DNA of 64,000 nucleotides from an uncultured delta proteobacterium (GTDB lineage Bacteria > Desulfobacterota > Binatia > Binatales > Binataceae). The position numbers and the translations under genes are program-made. Of the stretch, positions 9,357 to 18,919 are shown piece after piece; position 1 is the stretch's first letter, and each line of letters begins with the position of its first letter. The notes beneath the pieces were generated by a model. It saw nothing but the letters and a program-made list of their open reading frames with translations. It did not search any database and was not told where the DNA came from. The stretch lies in assembly GCA_963794325.1 (NCBI GenBank), contig CAWCDG010000009.1, positions 32,001 to 96,000 on the forward strand, written 5' to 3'.

Positions 9357-10172
9357 ATGAGATCTGGTTCGAAAGTAGTCACAAAGACAAGCGTTCTGTG
9401 GACGATCCTTGCATCGTCCCTGCTCGCAGTCGTTTCGTTTGCTATCCCCGCGATGAGTGCGGATGTCGCGCCGTTCTCGCAGAACCCGGCGGCCCAATCG
9501 GCCGCGGCCACGCAGCCCCCGCCGGGCGAGAACCAGGGCGTCTATTCCGATCCGTTGTCTGGATTCAACGAGCCGATGTTCACCTTCAACCTGAAGCTCG
9601 ACGATTGGGTGCTGAGCCCGGTCGCACGAGGTTACTCGTTCATCACGCCACAGCCTGTGCGCGAAGGCGTCGGCCGCTTCTTTGACAACGTCCGCGTCAT
9701 CCCGCGTTTCGCCAACAACCTGTTCCAGCTCAAACTGGCCGAGGCCGGCACCGAAGTCGCGCGCTTCGGGATTAACTCGACGCTCGGATTGGCAGGCTTT
9801 TTCGATCCCGCCGATCTATGGTTCGGACTCGAAGAGCATCCCAACGATTTCGGCTTGACGATTCGCTACTACAACATCCCGACCGGACCCTACGTCATGC
9901 TGCCGTTCTTTGGACCTTCGACGGTTGGCGATACGGTCGGCTTGGTGGCGGATGGTGCGATGAATCCGATGGACTATCTGCTTCCGACATGGATAACGCT
10001 GGTCGTGAATACCGGGCAGCGCGCGGTTGAAGCGGTAAACTACCGCTCACTGCATATGAACCAGTTCGAGGAAGCCGATCGCTATGCGGTCGATCTCTAC
10101 GGCGCGGTTCAGGACGCATACCTGCAGACCCGCGACCACGAGGTCAAGAAGCTCCACGAGGAACAGTGGTAA
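9357..10172 (+). CDS. mlaA: MlaA/VacJ family protein
   Basis: DPLSGFNEPMFTFN, RFGINSTLGLAGFFDPA, GPYVMLPFFGPS; start codon uncertain. Confidence 0.9.
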   Translation: MRSGSKVVTKTSVLWTILASSLLAVVSFAIPAMSADVAPFSQNPAAQSAAATQPPPGENQGVYSDPLSGFNEPMFTFNLKLDDWVLSPVARGYSFITPQPVREGVGRFFDNVRVIPRFANNLFQLKLAEAGTEVARFGINSTLGLAGFFDPADLWFGLEEHPNDFGLTIRYYNIPTGPYVMLPFFGPSTVGDTVGLVADGAMNPMDYLLPTWITLVVNTGQRAVEAVNYRSLHMNQFEEADRYAVDLYGAVQDAYLQTRDHEVKKLHEEQW

Positions 10173-10204
10173 GCCGGACTTAGTTCGACTCTCAATTTTC
10201 TAAT

Positions 10205-10244
10205 AAACGCGCCGCGAGACAGATGTCCCGCGGCGCGCTTTTTT
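10205..10244 (+). terminator. Rho-independent terminator of the mla operon
   Basis: GCGCCGCG...CGCGGCGC stem followed by T6. Confidence 0.7.
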
Positions 10245-10303
10245 ACACTGGGTGCAGGGGTCACCCCTGCTCAGGGAAGTGTGAAACCCACGGTGGGTTT
10301 CAC
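10245..10303 (+). repeat. double-hairpin repeat family B, copy 2
   Basis: GCAGGGG-TCA-CCCCTGC plus GTGAAACCCA-CGG-TGGGTTTCAC. Confidence 0.85.
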
Positions 10304-10309
10304 ATTAAA

Positions 10310-11203
10310 TCAAGTGATTTCCCCTTCCCGCGTATGGTCCGACTGCACATGCTCCCACGCGTGATACGAACTCCGGACCAGTGGCCCGGACTCAACATGA
10401 TGGAATCCCATCGCGAGCGCCGCCGTCTTGATCTCCGCGAACTCCGCCGGCGGCACGTATCGCGCGACTGGAATGTGATCGGCTGACGGACGCAGATACT
10501 GCCCGAGCGTCAGAATGTCGCATTCGACCGCGCGCAAGTCGCGGATCACCCCGAGCAATTCGTCGTTGGTCTCGCCCAGACCGAGCATCACCCCGGCCTT
10601 GGTGAACATCGGCTTGCCGATCTTTCGCGCGACGTCCTTCGCATGGCGGATCACATCGAGCGAGCGCTGGTAATTCCCGCCCGGCCGCACCGCGCGATAG
10701 AGACTCGGCACCGTTTCGATATTGTGGTTGTAGATATCGATTGGCGATTCGACCACCGTCCGAACGCTGTCGAACGATCCCTGGAAGTCGGGCACCAGCA
10801 CTTCGACCCGCGCCGGCTCAGGATTCGATTTGATCGCATGCGCAGTTGCCGCAAAATGCGCCGCGCCGCCGTCTGGCAAATCGTCGCGATCGACCGACGT
10901 CACGACGACGTGTTGCAGGCCCAACCGCGCGACCGCTTCCGCGATTCGACGCGGCTCGTCACTGTCGAGCGGACGCACCTTGCCGTGCGCCACCGCGCAA
11001 TACGGGCAATTGCGCGTGCACACATCGCCCATCAGCATGAACGTCGCCGTGCGATGCGAAAAGCATTCGCCGATATTCGGGCAGCACGCCTCCTGGCAGA
11101 CCGAATGCAGCTTCAGCTCGCCGAGAATCGCCTTCGTCCGAAAGTACTCCGGCGACACCGGCGCGCGAACCTTGATCCAGTCGGGATGCTTCCGTTCAGC
11201 CAT
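10310..11203 (-). CDS. lipA: lipoyl synthase
   Basis: CQEACCPNIGEC, CTRNCPYC, RSSYHA. Confidence 0.97.
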   Translation of the reverse strand: MAERKHPDWIKVRAPVSPEYFRTKAILGELKLHSVCQEACCPNIGECFSHRTATFMLMGDVCTRNCPYCAVAHGKVRPLDSDEPRRIAEAVARLGLQHVVVTSVDRDDLPDGGAAHFAATAHAIKSNPEPARVEVLVPDFQGSFDSVRTVVESPIDIYNHNIETVPSLYRAVRPGGNYQRSLDVIRHAKDVARKIGKPMFTKAGVMLGLGETNDELLGVIRDLRAVECDILTLGQYLRPSADHIPVARYVPPAEFAEIKTAALAMGFHHVESGPLVRSSYHAWEHVQSDHTREGEIT

Positions 11204-11966
11204 CGTTAGCCATCAACACAGCGGTCGGAATAATCTGCGCCGCGGACACAGAAGCAATTTCACTATAATTGAATACGCGCGCGAAACTCTCGCACATCAC
11301 GCCGGCGAACTCCCTAACTGACACCGCGCGATTCATCAATTCGGACACCGATGTCATGCGGCATCCTTCGATTCCGCATGGCACGATCGAATCGAAGTAG
11401 CTGAGATCGGTGGACACGTTCAGCGCGAAGCCGTGCCACGTTGTCCAGCGCCGGATACCCACGCCGATCGACGCGATCTTGCGCACTCCGACCCACACCC
11501 CGGTCATCGCATCGCGCCGCCCCGCGTCGATGCCGAAGTTTGCGAGCGCGTCGATCATCGCCGCCTCGAGATTTCGAAGATACTTGGTAACGTCGCGATC
11601 GCGCCCTTCAAGTTTGAGAATCGGATACCCGATCAACTGCCCCGGCCCGTGATACGTGACCTGCCCCCCGCGCGACACCCGCCGAACCGGCACCCGGTCT
11701 TTATTGCCAATAATAAACCGCTCATCAGCTCCGCGCCCAAGTGTAAAAACATGGGGATGCTCCATCATCAGGAGCGTATCGCCAATCGATCCCTCGATCC
11801 GCGCCGCGAGCATCGAAGTCTGAATCGCAAGCGCGTCGTCATAATCGACAACCCCCAACTCCGCAACGGCGACCGCTCTTCCCCTCTCCCCGTCCGGTTC
11901 CCTTTCCCGCGAGGCCCGAAAAAAGGGGTTAGGGGTTAGGTTTCTTGCATCGGCTTGAACGTCCAT
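11196..11966 (-). CDS. lipB: octanoyltransferase LipB
   Basis: EHPHVFTLG, RGGQVTYHGPGQ, KIASIG, HGFALNV, IVPCG; ATG 11966 lies 2 nt after the lpdA stop. Confidence 0.95.
   Translation of the reverse strand: MDVQADARNLTPNPFFRASREREPDGERGRAVAVAELGVVDYDDALAIQTSMLAARIEGSIGDTLLMMEHPHVFTLGRGADERFIIGNKDRVPVRRVSRGGQVTYHGPGQLIGYPILKLEGRDRDVTKYLRNLEAAMIDALANFGIDAGRRDAMTGVWVGVRKIASIGVGIRRWTTWHGFALNVSTDLSYFDSIVPCGIEGCRMTSVSELMNRAVSVREFAGVMCESFARVFNYSEIASVSAAQIIPTAVLMANDG
11897..11942 (-). repeat. REP-like family A, copy 3, in frame within the lipB N-terminus
   Basis: Minus strand AACCTAACCCCTAACCCCTTTTTTCGGGCCTCGCGGGAAAGGGAAC, encoding NLTPNPFFRASRERE. Confidence 0.75.
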
Positions 11967-11968
11967 CG

Positions 11969-13381
11969 TCAAAAGTCTATCGCTTCCCCATCAGCCGCCA
12001 AAGCCGCCTGCATGATCGCCTCCGACATCGTCGGATGCGGATGCGCCGTCTTTCCGATTTCCGTGACCGTCGTCTCGAGCGCCTTGCCCAGCACGACCTC
12101 CGAAATGATGTCGGTGGCGGCGTGTCCGATTATCTGGCATCCAATCACTTCGCCGTACTGCTTGGTCGCAACGATCTTTACGAAGCCCGCGGTCTCGCCA
12201 ATCGCCACCGCCTTGCCCATCGCGCGAAACGGAATCTTTCCGACCTTGACCTCGATACCGCGCGCCTTCGCCTCCGCCTCGCTGAGTCCGACCGTCGCAA
12301 CTTCCGGCTCGCAGTAGATACATCCCGGGATTGCCAGCAAGTCGAACCCCGGCTCGCGCACCCCCGCCATGATTTCCACTGCCGCGATTCCCTCCGAGCT
12401 CGCCTTATGCGCCAGCAGCGGCGGCCGAATCACATCGCCAATCGAGTAGATACTCGGGACCGTAGTCTGGAACGAATCGTTCACCTTGATAAACCCGCCA
12501 CGCTCCAACTCGACGCCAACTTTCTCGAGCCCGACGTTCATGCTGAGCGGAGTACGACCGACCGCGACCAGTACAACCTCGGCCTCGACAGATTTTTCAG
12601 TCCCGTTGGCATCCACCGTGACCGACCACGAATCGCCCTTTCGAGCCATCGACTTGTAGCCATGCCCCAGCATCACCGTGATGCCGCGCTTTACGAACGC
12701 GCGCCGCAACTCCTCGGCGACCTCGGCGTCGAAGCCGGGCAGCATCTGCTTTTCCAGTTCGACGATCGTAACCTTCGCGCCGAACGCGCTGTAGAAATAC
12801 CCGAACTCGAGCCCAATCGCGCCGGCCCCAATCACGACGACACTCGCCGGCATCTTGTCGAGCACCAGCGCCTCGTGGCTGGTGACAACCCCGTCGCCAA
12901 CCTTCATCCCGGGAAAGAGTTTCTCGCCGGACCCCGCCGCAATCAGAATCCTCTCCCCTTCGAGCGCCGCTGCCGCCGGCGCCGCCTTCCCCTCGACTTG
13001 GCGGAGCGCAACGGTGTGAGGCCCAGTCACAAGCGCATCAGCTTCGAAGTAATCGATCTTGTTTTTCCGTAACAGGTAAAGCACGCCCTTGGAGAGCTTC
13101 TCCGCCGCCGCCCGGGACCGCGCGATCACTTTCGCAAAATCAAACCGAATCTCCCCGGTCTCAATCCCATGCTCTTTGGATGCGCCCCGAATCGTATCCA
13201 TCGCCATCGCCGAACTGAGCAGCGCCTTGGAAGGAATACACCCCCAATTGAGACACACGCCCCCAGGCCGATCCCGCTCAATCACCGCCACCCGCATCTT
13301 CAACTGCGAGGCCCGAATCGCCGCAACATACCCCCCAGGCCCAGAACCAATCACAACAAGGTCATACCGAGAATTATCCAA
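11969..13381 (-). CDS. lpdA: dihydrolipoyl dehydrogenase
   Basis: GSGPGGY, GGVCLNWGCIPSK, HPHPTMSE. Confidence 0.97.
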   Translation of the reverse strand: MDNSRYDLVVIGSGPGGYVAAIRASQLKMRVAVIERDRPGGVCLNWGCIPSKALLSSAMAMDTIRGASKEHGIETGEIRFDFAKVIARSRAAAEKLSKGVLYLLRKNKIDYFEADALVTGPHTVALRQVEGKAAPAAAALEGERILIAAGSGEKLFPGMKVGDGVVTSHEALVLDKMPASVVVIGAGAIGLEFGYFYSAFGAKVTIVELEKQMLPGFDAEVAEELRRAFVKRGITVMLGHGYKSMARKGDSWSVTVDANGTEKSVEAEVVLVAVGRTPLSMNVGLEKVGVELERGGFIKVNDSFQTTVPSIYSIGDVIRPPLLAHKASSEGIAAVEIMAGVREPGFDLLAIPGCIYCEPEVATVGLSEAEAKARGIEVKVGKIPFRAMGKAVAIGETAGFVKIVATKQYGEVIGCQIIGHAATDIISEVVLGKALETTVTEIGKTAHPHPTMSEAIMQAALAADGEAIDF

Positions 13382-13437
13382 GATGAAGTCCTTCCAAGTG
13401 TTTTAATCATTATTCCCCGAATCAGAGTCTGATCGTA

Positions 13438-13494
13438 GTGAAACCCGCCGTGGGTTTCACGCTTCTTTGGGCAGGGGTAACCCTGCACCTTGGT
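13438..13494 (-). repeat. double-hairpin repeat family B, copy 3
   Basis: Minus strand GGTGCAGGGTTACCCCTGC..AAGCGTGAAACCCACGGCGGGTTTCAC. Confidence 0.8.
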
Positions 13495-13557
13495 ACCAAG
13501 ATGAGGGCGTGTACCTGGAGCGGGGTCTGCTTCTTAGCTTGGCAGAAACCATCAGCC

Positions 13558-13830
13558 TTAACGCCGCGAGGTTGCGAGCCACCGCTCCACAATGCTTCTC
13601 GCCAGTGTCGTGTGACCGACTCCGCGACGTTTCGCCAGCTTCTTGAGAGTCGCCAGATCGTCCTTGTAAAGCCTCAAAGCGATCTGCTCGGTGCGCGCGG
13701 GTCGAATCTGGACGTCGAGATCCTCGAGTTCGTCGCCGAATTCCTCGACGCTATGACGATTCCAGAATTTGCGCTCGGCTCTATCGCTCTCGAACTTCGG
13801 AAGCTTGCGTATTTTATCAATCATCTTCAT
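13558..13830 (-). CDS. CopG/BrnA-like antitoxin
   Basis: LPKFESDRAERKFWNRH N-terminus and RHH-like C-terminus (IALRL..DLATLKKLAKRRGVGHTTLARSIV). Confidence 0.75.
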   Translation of the reverse strand: MKMIDKIRKLPKFESDRAERKFWNRHSVEEFGDELEDLDVQIRPARTEQIALRLYKDDLATLKKLAKRRGVGHTTLARSIVERWLATSRR

Positions 13831-14206
13831 CGTCCTTTTCCTCGCCGCCAGGTGCGGTAACCCCGGACCTCGTCCGGCGCGGAGACGCGTGCACTAACGC
13901 ACAGTCGCATTGATGCGTCGAATTTCAATCGCTGACCGGCTTGACTCTCAGGCTGCATAAAAGCACTCCTTCCTCGTCGAGATCGCGCGGCTCTGCTGCG
14001 CGCAGGACACAGGTCAAAAACGCTCCGTCAGCCAACGGAGCCACCACGAACCATCTCGTTCGAGTCCCTCGTCCACCGCGCCGGACGCGCGCCAGACCAT
14101 GGCGACCGAAGACGGCGTCCGCTACGTCATCGGCATCTATGTCGCGCTCGGCCAGATGTTCAAGGCTGGCGGCGGTGAACACCAGCGTCCAGCCCAACCT
14201 CTGCAT
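13827..14206 (-). pseudogene. BrnT-like toxin with a 1-bp frameshift near 13958
   Basis: N-terminal LEHLAERDIDADDV; the -1 frame continues as ...RLCVSARVSAPDEVRGYRTWRR* (BrnT-type ISAR..E..Y motif) and ends in an ATGA overlap with the antitoxin. Confidence 0.65.
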
Positions 14207-14269
14207 ACCATAATGGTATGCAGAGAGTTTATAACTCGCAAGAGGCCGGCCCGCACGACTTCGCCCAAC

Positions 14270-15070
14270 TCACTTCTTCTGAATCGGTGCGGCCGCCCAC
14301 GATTGCTGGGTCAGGATGAAAGGGTCGGGCGAGACGCTGATCTCGCCGCGAAACGGCCAGTCGAGCGCGATGATCATCACGATGATCAGCCCGAGCGTCG
14401 CCGCGAGCGTTCCGGTCATCGCCAGATGCATCGCGAAGTTCTCGTAGCCGAAGAAGTAGGTGTATGCCGTCGTGATCGCCGCTCCGAAAAACACGATCGC
14501 CCAGATGACGCCCGGGATATGTCCCTGCACCGCCGACAGCCGCGCGCTCCGCGCGTTGTACAGCTCGTTCCACGTCTTGAGCATCTCCGCTTCGATTACC
14601 GCCTCGCCTTGGGTATGCGGATCGATCGTCGCGATTGCCGTCGCGAGGTCGCGCAGCGGCTTCCATCCCTGATCCGGCGTCTTGCCGGCCCTCTGGATGG
14701 GCCATTCCTCGTCGACCACAACGCTGACGTACTTCGCCAGCGCGTCGCGAATCTCTTTTCCCTTGGCATCCGGCAAGCCCGCGGTGTCGAGGTACATGCC
14801 GCCGGCATAGTCCGATTCGTTCTCGACGATGTCAGACGCCCGGCTGAAAGATTCCCACGTGGCGATTGCGATGAATGCCAGCAGCACCGCGTACAGCACG
14901 CCGACAATCGCAAACGTGAACCCGGCCAGGTCGTTGTGAGCCCGGCGCAGGCTGACGTGGACCAATCGATGGAAGATCAGCAGACCACCGCATGAAACCG
15001 CGATGAACAGCGCGATCAGAATAGGCCCCCAGAGCCAGGTCGGGTTGTTATAGATCCAGTCGACAATCAT
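14270..15070 (-). CDS. DUF4239 / bestrophin-like membrane protein
   Basis: GVLYAVLLAFIAIATWE, LDWPFRGEISVSPDPF. Confidence 0.8.
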   Translation of the reverse strand: MIVDWIYNNPTWLWGPILIALFIAVSCGGLLIFHRLVHVSLRRAHNDLAGFTFAIVGVLYAVLLAFIAIATWESFSRASDIVENESDYAGGMYLDTAGLPDAKGKEIRDALAKYVSVVVDEEWPIQRAGKTPDQGWKPLRDLATAIATIDPHTQGEAVIEAEMLKTWNELYNARSARLSAVQGHIPGVIWAIVFFGAAITTAYTYFFGYENFAMHLAMTGTLAATLGLIIVMIIALDWPFRGEISVSPDPFILTQQSWAAAPIQKK

Positions 15071-15202
15071 TCGTGCCCCTTATCTTTTACTTTTCGGATT
15101 TAGATGCCCATTATTGTACCAAAGTACAATACCCGCTTCGCTTCAGTTATGAGCGAATAGACGCAATTGACCTTGCAGAACCAGCACTATGAAGGGAGAT
15201 GG

Positions 15203-15946
15203 ATGATGATCAACAGCTTACGAAACAGAATGTTTGCCGGTGTGGCCGCGGCGAGTTTGGCTGCCGCGCTACTGGCTTCGGGATGCTCGACGACGGTCGA
15301 GAGTGCGCCGCCCGCGGCGAAGGCGCTCGAATCGGGCGGTCCGTTGCCCAGCGCGGTGACGGGATTCCTCGGCCCCGACGCGTCGAAGCTGGCCCCGGGC
15401 CCGGAAGGCGGCGCCGCACTCGCATGGATAAATCCCAACGCTCAATGGGCCAGTTATACCAAGATACAGTTGATGCCGGTTGAGTTCTGGGCCGCTGCCG
15501 ATTCGAAAGTGTCGACAGCCGATCAGGCGGTGCTGACCGAATACTTCTACAACCAACTGCAAACCAACCTGTCCAAGAGTTTCACCCTTGTCGATCAGCC
15601 GGGACCAGGCGTGATGACTTTGCGAGTGGCGCTGATGGACGCGACAACCGCCGTCCCCGGACTTCGCACCGTCTCGGTAATCGTCCCGCAGGCGCGCGTG
15701 CTCAACATGGCGCAGTCGCTGGCGACCGACAGCTATGCGTTCGTAGGGTCCGCCGAAGCCGAAATGAAGATGACCGATTCGGTGAGCGGTGAACTGCTGG
15801 GCGAAGCAGTCGATCAGCGTGCCGGTGGCATGGGCCTCAAGGGTGCGGCGTCATTTCAATGGGGCGACGCGCAGAACGCGATGGATTACTGGTCGCAGAA
15901 AATCCCGAATCGCATTTCGCAGTTGCAGGGAAAAACTCAAAGCTAG
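15203..15946 (+). CDS. DUF3313 family lipoprotein
   Basis: Lipobox LASGC; TGFLG, PGPGVMTLRVAL, DSVSGELLG..VD. Confidence 0.8.
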   Translation: MMINSLRNRMFAGVAAASLAAALLASGCSTTVESAPPAAKALESGGPLPSAVTGFLGPDASKLAPGPEGGAALAWINPNAQWASYTKIQLMPVEFWAAADSKVSTADQAVLTEYFYNQLQTNLSKSFTLVDQPGPGVMTLRVALMDATTAVPGLRTVSVIVPQARVLNMAQSLATDSYAFVGSAEAEMKMTDSVSGELLGEAVDQRAGGMGLKGAASFQWGDAQNAMDYWSQKIPNRISQLQGKTQS

Positions 15947-16025
15947 CTGACAGAATCGCGCCACAAAAAAAGCGGGCGTCCCCGATGCGGGGCGCCCGCC
16001 TGCAAACTCGCCGTGAGGGGCGCAA

Positions 16026-16496
16026 ATGCAACCAACCGGTGTAGGCGCATGGGCTGGCGACTGGGCCTGGAGCCTGCCCCTGATCGTGCTGACCGTCGTG
16101 ATTCATGTATGCGGCCTCGCCGCGATCGGCGAGCGAGTCATTCGCGCTCTCGGCGAGACCGTCGAGCGCCACAGATTCATGCTCAAGTTCGCAGTCGTGA
16201 TGGGCGTGACGTCTCTGCTCGCCACTATGCTGCATGGGATCGAGGCGGCGATTTGGGCGGCCGCGTACTGGTTTCTGGCTGCGTTGCCCGACGCCAGAAT
16301 CGCGATGCTCTACTCGCTCAGCGCGATGACGAGTTACGGCCACGCCAACCTGTTCTTGAAAGGTCGATGGCAACTGATGGGTGCGTTGGAGGCGCTGAAC
16401 GGGATGCTGCTGTTCGGGCTGACGACTGCATTTCTGTTCGCGATAATCCAAAGAGTATGGCCCCTGGGAAGCAGGGATCATCATCGCGATCGCTAG
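16026..16496 (+). CDS. small ion-channel-like membrane protein
   Basis: HGIEAAIWA..Y, YSLSAMTSYG (pore-loop-like), EALNGMLLFGLTTA. Confidence 0.7.
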   Translation: MQPTGVGAWAGDWAWSLPLIVLTVVIHVCGLAAIGERVIRALGETVERHRFMLKFAVVMGVTSLLATMLHGIEAAIWAAAYWFLAALPDARIAMLYSLSAMTSYGHANLFLKGRWQLMGALEALNGMLLFGLTTAFLFAIIQRVWPLGSRDHHRDR

Positions 16497-16515
16497 TACA
16501 ACGTGATCGGATCGC

Positions 16516-17922
16516 TCACAGCAGGAGGCTCGAGGGGTTCTCGAGGAAGCGTTTCAGTTCTTGCAAGAAGCGGCCGGCCACGACGCCGTCGACGATGCGA
16601 TGGTCGAACGATCCGGTCATCATCATCGTCTTGCCGACCGCCAGCTGCCCGTTGCGCACGACCGGCCGATCCTTGATTGCACTCACGGCGAGAATCGCGG
16701 CTTGCGGCGGAACGATCACGGCCGCGAAATGCTCGACGCCGAGCATGCCCATGTTCGAGATCGAGAACGTCGCGCCGGACAGTTCGCCCGAGGTGAACCC
16801 GCCGCGGCTCGACTTGGAGACCAGTCGATGCGCCGCCCGGGAGATTTCGAGCAGCGATAACTGCTCGCATCCGTGAATCACCGGCAGGATAAGTCCGTCC
16901 TCGACCGCGACGGCGACGCCGATATTGATATTGGGATGGATGACGATGCCCTCATCCACGTAGCTGGCGTTGATCCGCGGGTAGCGGCCGAGTGCGAGTG
17001 CGCATGCCTTCACGATGATGTCGTTGTAGGTGATCGCCTCTTCGAACATCTCGGTTGCTTCGAGTGAGTCCTTCAGTCGCACCGCGTCTTCCATCGCGAC
17101 TTCGACGGTGACGTAGAAGTGAGGGATCTCGCGCTTCGACAAGGCCATTCGCTTGGCGATCGTCTTGCGCATCGCGGACAGCTCTTCGCGGGAGCCGGGC
17201 GCTCCTTCGCGCGGCGACACCAGCCGGCGAAACTTGAAGAGCTGCTGCTCGCGCAGAAAGTTGTCGATGTCGCGCTTGGTGATGCGCCCGTCGGGTCCGG
17301 TGCCGCGAACGTGAGTAATATCGACCCCGGCCTCCTCGGCGGCGCGTCGCGCCAGCGGAGAGGCGCGCAGCTTGTGACCGTCGCCCGCGTCGGCGTCGGC
17401 TCTGGGAGCGGGCGGCTCGGGTTTAGGTGGAGGCGCCGCGATCGCTGTCGGCGCGGCACTGGGATTGGCGGACATCGCAGGATGCACGTGCAAGTCGCCT
17501 GCGGACCCGTCGGTCACGACGGCCGCGGCAGCGATGGATTTTTTTGGCGTCTCTTTGCGCTCGGCGGCTTTCGGCTTGATTGCAGTTGGCTTCGGCAACT
17601 CTGTAGTCGCCGCTGCCTCGACCGCGGGATTCTCCATCGCCGACCCCGGCATCGATTTGCTATCCGCCTTCGAGTCTTTCGCACCCGCGGATTTCATCGT
17701 CGCAATCACCGCGCCGACCGGCGCGCTCTCGCCTTCGTTCAATTTGATCTGATCGAGCACGCCCTCGTCGAACGCTTCGAGCACCATGTCGGCCTTGTCG
17801 GTCTCGACCTCGGCAATCGGCTCGCCGCGTGCGATCTTGTCGCCGGGATGCTTGAGCCATCGAAGGATCTTTCCTTCCTCCATCGTGTCCGAGAGCTTGG
17901 GCATCGTGATTTCGTTGCTCAT
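16516..17922 (-). CDS. pdhC: dihydrolipoamide acetyltransferase (PDH E2)
   Basis: Lipoyl motif EVETDKA, ASPLARR E3-binding domain, DHRIVDG. Confidence 0.93.
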   Translation of the reverse strand: MSNEITMPKLSDTMEEGKILRWLKHPGDKIARGEPIAEVETDKADMVLEAFDEGVLDQIKLNEGESAPVGAVIATMKSAGAKDSKADSKSMPGSAMENPAVEAAATTELPKPTAIKPKAAERKETPKKSIAAAAVVTDGSAGDLHVHPAMSANPSAAPTAIAAPPPKPEPPAPRADADAGDGHKLRASPLARRAAEEAGVDITHVRGTGPDGRITKRDIDNFLREQQLFKFRRLVSPREGAPGSREELSAMRKTIAKRMALSKREIPHFYVTVEVAMEDAVRLKDSLEATEMFEEAITYNDIIVKACALALGRYPRINASYVDEGIVIHPNINIGVAVAVEDGLILPVIHGCEQLSLLEISRAAHRLVSKSSRGGFTSGELSGATFSISNMGMLGVEHFAAVIVPPQAAILAVSAIKDRPVVRNGQLAVGKTMMMTGSFDHRIVDGVVAGRFLQELKRFLENPSSLLL

Positions 17923-17939
17923 TATTTCCCGCCCAATGG

Positions 17940-18914
17940 TTAGGTCAATTGCTCCGCCGCCTTGACTATGTCACCTGCGCTCGGCAGCGACGCGTGCTCG
18001 AGATGCTTGTTATACGGCATCGGACTATCCAGTGCGGCAACCCGGACGACCGGAGCATCCAGCGAATCGAAGGCCGCCTCGTGAATCTGTGCGGCGATCT
18101 CAGCGCCGGCGCCTCCGGTGCGCCATCCCTCATACACGACGATTGCGCGGCCGGTCTTTTTCACCGACGCGACGACGGTCGCCATGTCGAGCGGGTTCAG
18201 CGTTCGCAGATCGACTATCTCGGCGTCGATCCCCGAGTTCTCGAGCACCTCGGCCGCCGCGATCGCGTCGTAAACGCACTTCGAGTAAGTGACTATAGTC
18301 ACATCCTTACCTTCCCGAATTACATTTGCCTTGCCGAACGGGACCATGTACTCGGGATCTTCCGGGACCTCTCCTTTGATGCCGTATAGCGACTCGTGTT
18401 CGAGGAATATCACGGGATCAATCTGGCGAATCGCGGTTTTCAGCAGTCCTTTCGCGTCTGCGGGTGTGGCGGGAATAACCACGCGCAGCCCGGGGCAATG
18501 GAGGAAATACGCTTCGAGGCTCTGGCTGTGTTGCGCGCCGAGCTGATGGCCCCCGCCCTGCGGCGCACGAATGACTAATGGCACGGTAGCTTTGCCACCG
18601 AACATGAAATGTATTTTGGCCGCGCTATTTACTATTTGGTCTATAGCCAGTAGCGCGAAGTTGATAGTCATCAGTTCGACTATCGGTTTCAGCCCGCCCA
18701 TCGCAGCGCCGACGCCCGCGCCGACGATAGTCAGTTCGGAAATGGGAGTGTCGCGGACGCGCTTCTCCCCATAGACCGCGAGCAGGCCGTCGGTGACCTT
18801 GAATGCGCCGCCGAAGTAGCCGACTTCCTCGCCCATGATAAAGACCCGCTCATCGCGATCGAGCTCCTCGCGCAGGGCCTGGTTCAGAGCTTCGCGGTAA
18901 GTGATCTGCGCCAT
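17940..18914 (-). CDS. pdhB: pyruvate dehydrogenase E1 beta
   Basis: DTPISE, GAQHSQ, DLRTLNPLD. Confidence 0.93.
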   Translation of the reverse strand: MAQITYREALNQALREELDRDERVFIMGEEVGYFGGAFKVTDGLLAVYGEKRVRDTPISELTIVGAGVGAAMGGLKPIVELMTINFALLAIDQIVNSAAKIHFMFGGKATVPLVIRAPQGGGHQLGAQHSQSLEAYFLHCPGLRVVIPATPADAKGLLKTAIRQIDPVIFLEHESLYGIKGEVPEDPEYMVPFGKANVIREGKDVTIVTYSKCVYDAIAAAEVLENSGIDAEIVDLRTLNPLDMATVVASVKKTGRAIVVYEGWRTGGAGAEIAAQIHEAAFDSLDAPVVRVAALDSPMPYNKHLEHASLPSAGDIVKAAEQLT

Positions 18915-18919
18915 TCAGC

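Noticed and set aside
11945-13072. Long antisense ORFs (also 1709..2638, 4708..5598, 27606..28787, 46449..47621)
   Set aside because: Shadow frames of well-supported genes in high-GC DNA, with no recognisable motifs
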